DNA from: Octopus vulgaris
Taxonomy: Eukaryota
Reading direction: 5' to 3'
DNA: 64,000 nt
Assembly (NCBI GenBank): GCA_951406725.2
Contig: OX597825.1
Location: forward strand, 44,454,001-44,518,000
How positions within the stretch are numbered: the stretch's first letter is position 1; each line of letters starts with the position of its first letter. Under the pieces are notes generated by a model. It ran no database searches. It saw only the letters and a list, made by a program, of their open reading frames with translations, and was not told where the DNA came from. The position numbers were made by a program, and so were the translations under genes. Positions 54,050-64,000 of this stretch are shown here, one piece after another.

Positions 54050-56265
54050 CGTTTGACTTTTGCTTTATATTTGTACAAGTTGGCTCCAAGTCTCACCCGG
54101 AGACCTCAAGAGACAACAGGTTGGAAGTTCACGTTGTTGTTATGCCTAGTGTGCCATATATTTGGTCGTTTTTTTGTGTTGTACTGGTGGATGTCTAAAA
54201 AAACAATGTTTGTTTTAAACCTTGAGATTACATAGAAAGTATTTTGCGTAGGATATGAGCAGTTCCCATGAGCACTATCTTTTGAATTTCTGCCATTTTG
54301 GGGTTTCCTGGTATCTGAGTTAGGTAGCTATCAGCCTCTTTTGCTATCATTCCCAGGGCACCTATGACAACAGGTATTGTTTTAGTCTTCAGGTTCCACA
54401 TTTTGCTGATTTCTATTTCAAGATCTTTATATTTGGTCAGTTTTTGGTAGGTCTTGACAGATACGTTTATATCGATTGGGACAGTCATATCAATGAGGAG
54501 GCATGTTCTTTGTTTGAAGTATTTCAATATGATGTCTGGCCTATTTGCATCTATCTTTCTGTCAGTTTGAATGGTGAAGTTCCAGAGGAGTGAGATGTGG
54601 TCATTTTCAAGCACTGGAGGTGGTTTGTGTTCCCACCAGTTTTTTTCGTGGGGCAAATCCAGGTCTTTGCAGATTACCCAGTGAATATATTGTGCAGCTC
54701 TATCATGCCTGTTGAGATACTCTGTAGGCGCTAGAAGACTGCACTTGGAGACCACATGATCAATGATTTCATTTTGTTGCTGGCATACACGAGACGTTGG
54801 ACTGCTGCCGATCTTTAATACGTTGGCCTGGTAGTTTCTTGTTGGTAGGCATTGATCTTGAGCTGCTATGATAAACCCCTCTGTTTCAGATTTTTAGCCA
54901 GAGGCCATTAGCCATTGATGGGTCAGGGCTTTGTCAACATCTGCATTATTCGCTCTCTTTGGGTATTTGCCATAGAGAGGTTTTTCTTGCCATTTATCAT
55001 TCAGAATATCTAAGGCCGCAGTTTTAGCACGGGTTTTCATGCGCTTAGCTTTTTCTGTGCTTGTTTCTTGTATGCCTATTTCTAATTCCGAAATTTGTTG
55101 TATTCGGAATTCACTTAGATATTCCTTTGCCTGTTTTGTTACCGAGTATGATGCTTTCTTGTTTTCATGTTTTGAGACAAGTTTTAAAATCCAGTCCTCA
55201 GAGTTTTTCAGGTAGGTGTCTAGGCCAATTGTAGCAATCTTCATTGTTATTGCCAGTTGTAAAAGTCCACAGCCTCCCTCTTTTCTTGGCAGATAAAGTC
55301 GTTCTGTATCTGCCTTAGGGTGGTGCATTCTATGCATTGTCAACAGTTTTCGTATTTTTCTGTCAAGATTACATATTTCAGTAATTGACCAGTTAACGAT
55401 ATTGAAACTGTAAGTCACGACTGGTATGGCTAATGCATTGATCGCTTCGATCCTGTTTCTCGCATTCAGCTCTATCTTGAGTATTGCTCTTACTCTGCGA
55501 TAACATTCTCTCTTGATCCTTTCCTTCATCTCTGAATGCCTTATTCCGTCTCCTTCAATTACCCCTAGATACTTGTAGTTCTCCGCTGGGTTTAATTCTT
55601 TTATGACATTCTGCTGGTCAAGGTTAACGTTAGATGTTTCTATCATTTTTCCTTTGATAAAGGTAGCTTTTGCACATTTATCGAGGCCAAATTGCATTCT
55701 GATGTCATCACTGAATTGTTTGACAATCACTAGTAAGCCCTTGCGTTGTTGGTCATTTTTTGCAAAGAGCTTTAAATCATCCATGTAAATGAGATGATTT
55801 ATATTTTTATCAAACATTTTATATCCGTACTGCGAGTCATTGAGCAGTTTTGAGAGAGGTATTAAGGCTAAACAGAAGAGGAGTGGTGATAGTGAGTCAC
55901 CCTGGAAAATGCCACATGAAATTTTTACATCACCAGCATTTAGAGATTCATTGTCGCTATTCAAAATTAGTGTGGTTCTCCATGATCTCATACTTACAGA
56001 CAAAAAGTTTCGCAGAGTAGGTGCTATCTTATACATTTCTAGGCATTTCTTAATCCAGCTATGTGGTAGGCTATCAAAAGCCTTTTTATAGTCTATCCAG
56101 GCTATTGATAACTTTTTGTGTCGTTTGTGACAATCTTCTAAGATCATCTTATTCATGAGTAGTTGATCTTTACAACCGTAGGACCCACGTTTACATCCTT
56201 TCTGTTCATTAGGGAATATGCAGCTGTCTGTCAAAAAACTATAGGTTTATCCCGCCAGGACAGAT
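54049..56265 (-). mobile_element. Young 5'-truncated R4/Dong-like LINE: RT, Zn knuckle and RLE in one frame 56234-54228 with a single stop (54894-54896)
   Basis: [75 protein letters not shown]; (TAA)n on both sides. Confidence 0.95.
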
Positions 56266-56303
56266 GTTAGTGTTTTATACATTATTATACATTATTATTA
56301 TTA

Positions 56304-56367
<64 letters not shown>

Positions 56368-56949
56368 CATTATTATTATTATATATTGTTGTGTCTGGGG
56401 AGAGTCATTCTCTTTTAGTGCCTTATTATTTAAGACACTCACCAGTAAGGTTTCCACTATTTACTTGGTATTCGTTATCGGATTAATCCAAATATTATTC
56501 AAATTTAGATTACTTGGCCTTTTAATTAAAGAATTTTCTGAGGTTTGCCAAGCAAGGAAGAAGAAGAATAAAAAAGTTTGTGAAGGCGGAGGAGGTAAAG
56601 AGGCGTGGACTTTGTATGATCAAACTTGTTTCTTTAGTACTTAGTGGCCTTTTAAGGTAGAGGAGGAAAAAGAAGAGTAAGGAAAAACAATTTTTGTATT
56701 TGAATTGGTCAAGCTTTTAATTGAAATACCTGATGTTTTTAATTTTCTTCAGTAAAAATTATAATTACATTTCCAGGATTTGTTCTCTTCTGTTCATTAA
56801 AGAATAATAGCATGGATGTGGTCAACTTCTTTTGATTGAAATCTAGAAGTTTTCGAAAGAGTCCTTTTGGTTTTCACTATACGCTCACAGAGCAACACAC
56901 ACACAAACATATATATCCATACACACACACACAAACACACGCACACACG

Positions 56950-56984
<35 letters not shown>

Positions 56985-57419
56985 GATCTATACAAGTGTA
57001 TATTACCATTTTTTAATGTCAAACGTATATATATATATATATATATATACATACACACACATAAAGATTTTAATTGAAAGACCAGATGTTGTTTCTGACT
57101 TTCTTCAGTAAAATTTATAATTGCATTTCTAGGACTTGCTCTGTTGTATTCATTAAGGAATAGTAGTATGGATGATGTCAACTTGTTTTTATTGAAATTC
57201 TTGATGTTTTCTAAACAAGGTTTTTTTTAGTTCACTATACGCCCACACAGCAATTATATATATATACATATATACACACATATACACACCCATTCACACA
57301 GACACACATATACACACATACATATATACACACACGCATATACACACATACATATACATACACATACATAGACACACACACACACACTCGTTCATATTTG
57401 TGCACACATAAAATAATTA

Positions 57420-60400
57420 ATTAATATAATTAACGATTCATGTCTGTGGTTAAATGAATTTGCAAAGTTTTGGCCATTTTAGACACTACTCTCGAGATTT
57501 GTCCGAGTATTTGTCCTTCAGATTGCAAAAACGAATTTTAAAGAAAAGCAATACACAATACTGTCGCAATTATATTTCCAAATTCCTCTATTTCTGGTTG
57601 GCAGTTTTATTTTGAATATATTTTAAAGCTCCAACCCAGAATTTTCTAAAGGAGAAAGAGAGTCAAGTACAGAAGAAGGGAAGCAGCTGTTCTTATAGAA
57701 TTTCGGAATCTAGAGTTTTCTGTAAGGTCCAACAACATGGTAAAAAGGTTTTAGCAATGGTTTGCGATCATCTTTAACATATACAAATTCATATAGAATT
57801 CTCATAGGTGGAATTTCAAAAAAATGTATAGTTATGTTAATTTTTGTTGAGGACTTTTTTTTTTGTGAAGTATAGTTCCGTTATCTTTCAGAAATTAAAA
57901 TTTTCCTTCACGTATTTCCAAATGTTTCCGTTTATTTTTCTTGAAGCGTTTAATTTTGGTGCGCACATCTTTATGAAGTGTAGCTCCATTGTTTTTCGGA
58001 AGTTTCAGTCGTTCCTTGAGCATTTGTATAAGGGGAAGATTTTGAGGTTTCCTTCTCCACACATTTCCAAATGTTTGCACATTGTAATTTTCCATAGCTC
58101 CTCTTGGCGGACGTGTTGTCTGTGGATTCTTGCGCGTTGGCAAAGGGGATTATTGGTTTCGCCAATATAATTCTCCTTGCATTTGGGAAGAGTAATGCAG
58201 TATATGAGGTTTTGCGTCTTGCATTTACTTTGAATAAGAATCCACTCTTACATTTTATGAGGGTGTCCCCGGCTATATATTTGTAGTTATTGTTGTTGTT
58301 GCATATTCCACAGCTTCTGTCTTTACATTCCTTTACGGAGAATTCTGTTTCATTCTCTGATGTGAATTTTAATCTTGTAAGTTGCTTTTCAGGTTTGATA
58401 CCTGGCGTTTACTATATCGCAGGTAGCTTTTTTCTATCAGTTCTCTCATTTTGGAGCGCTGTAAGAGTATTGGTAGGTTTGAGTGTAAAACGTGGAAAAT
58501 ATTGGTTATTCCAAGGTTATGTTAATAAGTGGAATAGTATGTCTCATTTTGAAGTCTGTGGATCTTTGTACATTTACGTATTGACTATTCTGTTCATTTA
58601 TGGCCTTCTGTATCTCGGAACTTTTGTGGATTTTGGGTAGTCCGTAGAAATTGCTCTCTTTGATTATAGAGTTGCATAGGTAGTCCTTTTTTTTTTATCT
58701 GTGGAGGAGTCCTGGTATTCATTAATTAATGTTCTGGTTTTATTTAGTGTTTTTTTTTCCAGGTGTCTTGATTCTTCCTTATAGTATGTTTGATCTGTTA
58801 AAATTTCAGGTATTTTTCTTCGTAGTAGTCTGTGTCAATGATTACTATTGCTCACCCTTGTCGGTTTCCTTTGAGATTATTGAATTGTCGTTCTTTAGTC
58901 TTTGTAAAGCTTCCTTTCCCCCTTCATGAAGGTTCTGTTTGCATTTATGGGTACTGAGGGGGAATTTGGAGATTGTTTCTATATATGTATCTAGGTGTTT
59001 ATCGTTCTCCTATATACATATGGGATTTTTTTTCTTACGATTGATTCGTCCTCTACTTTCTTGTTGTCATAGAATTCTATAAGACGGAGATGACAGTTGA
59101 AGTTTTCAATAGCGGTTTTTAGTTCTTTGAGTTTCGAAGTGGGTGTCGGGGTAAATTTGAAACATTTTAGTAAGAGAATCACTTCATTTTCGTTGAGGTC
59201 TCTATTTGATAAATCTAAAATTTTACGATTTATGTGTTTTGTGGGTTCATTAGGAACTTATGCTGTATTGAGTCCGGAGTGCAGTTGTAGTAGTTTCTCC
59301 CTAAATATGGGGTTATGTCGTGATGTTTCCAATTTCTATTCCTGGGATTCAGGCTTTCTTGTGATTGAGAGATTGGTTCATGTGCTCTGTATATATATAT
59401 CGTTGTTCACAGTAGTTGTTTTCTTCTCATCTCCTACGTTTGTTGGGCCGTGTAGCATTGGTGGTTATATATCGTGGGTTTCTTGAATTTTCATTATGAT
59501 TTTTTTCATATTATAGTCTTTATGGTGTTCCTCATTTGTCTTCATGTATTCATCCACCTAGGTCGTCCATGTGTTTATCCACCTAAATCGTCCAGTCTTA
59601 TGGGTTACTGGTTGTCTGTATTTTAATTGTCTTACTTCCCATATGCTCTTTCATCTAGTATATTTGATTGATGATTGTTTTTTATATTTTGTGCGTGTGT
59701 CCATCGCAGTATGAAGGTTTGGTAGTGTTGAGTACGGGTTTCTAATCTGTGTTTGAGATGAAACGGAGGTTATGTCCGCATATGTTTTTGTATGTCTGGC
59801 GATCCAATATTCATGTTTCGATCTTCTGAGGTCGGTGTTTGTGTTATGTTTCGATTTTCCTGTACTTTGGTGGTTTTGCTTTCATTATGATTTTTTACCT
59901 CATTGTTTTCTTCATAGTTAGTGAAACGCTCCTGTTGTTTTTCCTACATTCTTATAGATCTTTCTTCTTCCACTTTGGCGTCTTCTTTTCATAGTTGTTG
60001 CAGCTATTCTTAATCATGGTTGTCATTTTGTTCAGAGATTTCGGCAAATATGATTGCATTAATTGTTGTAACATTCTCTTCCTGTCGTACTTTTCGTGAT
60101 TGGGTGTGTGTATATACATGTACATATATAGAGTGTGTGTGTGTGTGTGTATGCATGTATGCATATATATATAGATTTGTGTATGTGTATGTATTATATA
60201 TATATATTTATAATATATTTACAAATTTGGGATTTTACCAATAGAACTGCAGCTCCTATTCCAGGGTAACCTTATTGTATGGAATACACATAGAAAGTTA
60301 TATCCAATAAAATAATATAAGCTGTTAAAAAAACCTACCATAAAATACAATAAAATTAGATGAAAAAATATATATAACTTACCTGTTATTAGTCTGTGAG

Positions 60401-60700
60401 GAAAAGGTATTCCTAATCAACGCTACACGTATTTCTGCGCTGGTGGTGTGTGTATCAAGGCCATTCCTAATACATAAATACACCAGGGCGTCCTCGGGCT
60501 ATTTAACTTTTTGTTATTATTATTAACGGGTCAAAGTTAAAAATACATATTAGAAGTCATATTAAATAGAAAAATAAGAATAAAAATATAATAAAAATGT
60601 ATAAATTACAAATATATCTTTATTAATTTTAAAAATTGGTCTATACAAGTGTATATTACCATTTTTTATGTCAGACGTAAATTAATAGTGTTTAAAAAGA
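57420..60700 (-). mobile_element. Degenerate Penelope-like element with a 5' pseudo-LTR
   Basis: LKCFKFTPTP..FNCHLRLIEFY and IISKETDKG resemble PLE N-terminal motifs; hammerhead and intron at the 5' end; 40-bp repeat at 60640-60679 and 56988-57027. Confidence 0.65.
60418..60503 (-). ncRNA. Hammerhead ribozyme with extended stem II
   Basis: gc-CCGAGGA-CGCCCTGGTG..TGTATTA..TGATACA..CACCAGCGCA-GAA-ATACGTGT-A-gc. Confidence 0.55.
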
Positions 60701-61370
60701 TTATTTGGTAATGACCACTATAAACGCTATAAATGTATTGAATTAAACTAGTAAAAAATTCACAAAGAAAGATTACTTATCGACATTATGTTTACTTCTC
60801 CTCGTTCATGTGTAAATGCCCGCTCCCTCTGTCATACGCTAAGTATTATGGGAATAACATAAATAAAATACAATACTCTGAAAAATTCTCTAAGACTAAT
60901 AATATTAGAGAGGTTGAATTCAAGAGGAGATAATAACTAGAAATATGTTATACTCTTAAATCTAGCTGTAAATAGATTTTTTATAGTGTTTAAGATTTAG
61001 AAATTTCTGTTAGATAAATGTGGCCTGTCTAATCCTTTTAAGGTAATATTCTTTAATAAATTGTTTATTCCTGGTATATCCGTATCTAATACTACTGTAA
61101 ATTCTATTATAACTACAGTTAACTAACTTCCTCATAATTGTGTAAGAAATGACATAATAGGGGGGGGGGGGGTATTGTTAAATATTTAAATTTTTATTAT
61201 ACGTAAAGTTATTCTTATGTTGGCATTTTATTCCTCTCTATGACCTACATTGCACTCCTTATTCGCATTATCACTGAACCTGGAGCTTAACTATGGTCTA
61301 TCCATAGCACTTACTCAGCATAACCTGATACCTTTGGGTCTTACTGACACCATTATCTTTTATATATATA

Positions 61371-61787
61371 TGGCTCAGTGGTTAAGAGTCGGGCTCACTC
61401 ACAATCGTGACGTAGTGAGGTCGATTCCAAGACCGGGCTGTGTGTTGTGTCCTTGAGCAAGACACTATTTCACGTTGCCCCAGTTCACTTAGCTGTAGAA
61501 ATGGGTTGCGTTTTCAATAGTGCCAAGCAGTATCGGCATTTGCCTTTCAATTGAATAACATCAGTGACGTGGAGAGGGGAGACTGATATGCATAGGCGAC
61601 TGCTGCACTTCCATAAACCACTTTGCTCGGACTTGTGCCACGAAAGAAAGCGGTTTGACAAAAAGAGACCGATAGAATGAGTACTAAGTTTAAAAAGAAT
61701 AAATCCTGGGGTCGATTTCTTCGACTAAAGGTGGTGCTCAGCATGACCGCAGTCAAATGACTAAAACAAGTAAAAGAATAAAAGAAT
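61371..61787 (+). mobile_element. tRNA-derived SINE with a distinct head and a family A tail
   Basis: A box TGGCTCAGTGG, B-box-like GGTCGATTCC, gtgtccttgagcaagacact core, tail gcagtcaaatgactaaaacaagtaaaagaataa. Confidence 0.82.
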
Positions 61788-62559
61788 CTTGAATTGTAAT
61801 TAAACGTCAACAGATTGACTACATAGATACAACTGAAAATAAGCCCTTTTCTGTCTTTCCCTTTCATCGCTTTCATTTTTCTATTTTTCTTTCTCTATTC
61901 CGCTTGTGCTTCTTCCTGTCTTTTTTCCTCGTTTTAAAAAACAAAATAGACATCTTGAAATGTTATTAGTCACCTGTTCACTAACCATTCCTCAAAATAA
62001 ATTTTTCTTTCCCCCTCCTTCTCTCTTTCACTCTTTCACCTCTCCTCCTCTCTTATTTGTATGAAAACGAAGAAGCTTTCTATAACATTCTAAAAACAGA
62101 GAAATGACAGAAAATCTAAGATGCTGATAATTTAGATATTCCATTCCCTACACAATACAGCGATAAGAAATATGATCATTTATTGTTATACTTGGGAATG
62201 GTCATCTTTTGTCAATTAAATACATGCTTTGTTAATATGTAGATATCTATATATCTATACATGAATATTCATCCTCTGGAAATGTTCTGGCTTTGTTATT
62301 GTACATCTAACCTAAGCAGTATTATTCGTTTATTTGCATCATTTTCTCCATGTATGCTTACCTGGGTTCCTCTGATAGTCATTTTTTATCCCATAGACCT
62401 GGTCCTCGGTAAAGGTATGTATTCATGTATCTTCTATTTCTTAACTATTATAAATATTCCACTGAGGAGGGAGCCAGTTTCCTACAACGACATAAGGCTC
62501 AATCTTTGGGATGTAGTCAACACAGACAAATCCGCATTTGCATATTTTTACTGTTCCGC

Positions 62560-63965
62560 TCACAGATTGGATTAGTAATGTAAGAATCGGTCGGTCAATT
62601 TCTCTTTCTGAAAATCCCAATTCATCCAGATTCTCTTTTAATCATTTACTAACAGAACCTTGTGCTCGAATTATTATTGGTATGAACATGAATTCATAGT
62701 CCGGATATAGAAGCTGGAGTTTTCGAAGCAATTTTCCATATATAACCTCCTTTTCTTTGATTTTCAAAGAGATAAATATATTTGCAGGGCAGCTAACCTC
62801 TATTATATATTTGCCCCTCTATCCCAAACAACAATATCCGGCCTGTTATGCTTATATTTGACAGAAGTTTTGATGGAAATATTCCACAAGTATTCCTTGA
62901 GTTGGTGTTTATGAATGTATTCCATAACAGATGGATTCTCTGAGTTTATTTCAGGACAGTCTTTTTGCGGATGGCAAGGTAAATTGTTTTAGCAGCAACA
63001 TCGTGCCGCATAGGGAGGTAGTACCGTGACGATATTTTATGATAGCTGCTAATCATTTGCGTAATGTCTTCCACAGAAACATGATACAGTCTACACATGC
63101 GGTTGCACATTGGGATTACAAAAGCGTCACTGTCTTTCTTGTTCACCAGGTACTTCGTGGGTAATCTCCTGTTCTTGGATTGCAAACGTATAGTCTTCAA
63201 AGTGTGATATGATGTAGTAGCCTTGTGTCCAAGAAAGGTTGCGCTTCGTATCAATTCTACTGTCTTCTTCAGGCTTCCGGGCAACATACCCGTGCATGGT
63301 CTTGTTTGTATGCTGAGTGCATTCCATCTAGGTCTTCTCTGAGGTAAGAAAACCCAGCTGTTTTGGGGCCGTATAGGAGATCATCGGAAAGAGAGTGTTT
63401 CTTGAGGCGTTCACTACCAGTTCGTACAATGTTGCTCATTTCCCTTTTCAGTACTGCATTAATATATTTATTTTTGCTGCTGTTGTTTAGCAGGTACTGC
63501 CTGAGTGATACCATACGGTATTTGAAGGCCGTCTGCACAGATCTCAGGCCTCTGCCACCTTAATTTCTTCTTAGGTAGAGCATGTCAATATTACTGTTTT
63601 GCGGGTTTTGATATCTATGGAGTGGATTTACTCTACAGACCAATCAAGTATCCCAAATGTTGGGATCAGCACTGGTACTGCGAATGCATTGTGGGATATT
63701 GTTTTGTTGTAAGAGGAGAGTTCTGATTGCCATATTTTCCTAACTTCTGTGTAATATTCTCGGGTCACACTATCTTTATTCACAGTGCCTTCATATGATA
63801 CATTTTGGGTTTGGGGGACTAGTGAACATTTCCTTTGGCCAAATTCTATGCCTATATCGGCTGAAAATGTTATTAATTCCTGTTTTTGGCATTGCTAGCA
63901 CTTTTAGAATAAAACTTCAGGTTGTCGATAAAGAAATTATGAGTTACATTGATATTTCTGACAGC
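62560..63965 (-). mobile_element. R4/Dong-like LINE relic (C-terminal half)
   Basis: GGRGLRSVQTAF, FAIQEQEI, CRLYHVSVEDITQMISS, YYLPMRHD, KHNRPDIVVWD, SGTVKIC. Confidence 0.87.
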
Positions 63966-64000
63966 AGAAGAAATGTATGTATGTATGTATGTATGTATGT

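Noticed and set aside
62355-62420. Minus-strand FTEDQVYGIKNDYQRNP plus GTAAGC, superficially a death-domain exon
   Set aside because: In-frame stop just upstream, no acceptor, and it lies just past the end of a Dong ORF.

Overview
AT-rich eukaryotic DNA made almost entirely of repeats. The two dominant tRNA-derived SINE families look like Octopus (coleoid cephalopod) repeats; this is recognition from memory, not a database result. No host protein-coding gene can be supported, and most listed ORFs are microsatellite artefacts or transposon relics. The window holds: about 8 R4/Dong-like restriction-endonuclease LINE fragments, mostly on the minus strand and often abutting (TAA)n; Penelope-like elements (PLEs) and solo pseudo-LTR pieces; CR1-group, RTE and Tx1/L1-like LINE relics; a mariner and a piggyBac relic; several MITE/foldback structures; about 15 SINE copies; three copies of a ~545-bp non-coding retroposon; and 5S rRNA-derived copies. 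The most notable signals are (1) at least 7 minimal hammerhead-ribozyme motifs with palindromic helix III, all carrying core substitutions, including one with an antisense partial copy and one followed by a 61-nt retained intron; (2) a 5S-stubs/5S/5S/545-bp-element chimera bounded by (TAA)n tracts; and (3) a near-perfect 188-bp inverted repeat. These are new instances of known retroelement biology rather than a demonstrably new system. Element boundaries are approximate unless exact motifs are quoted.
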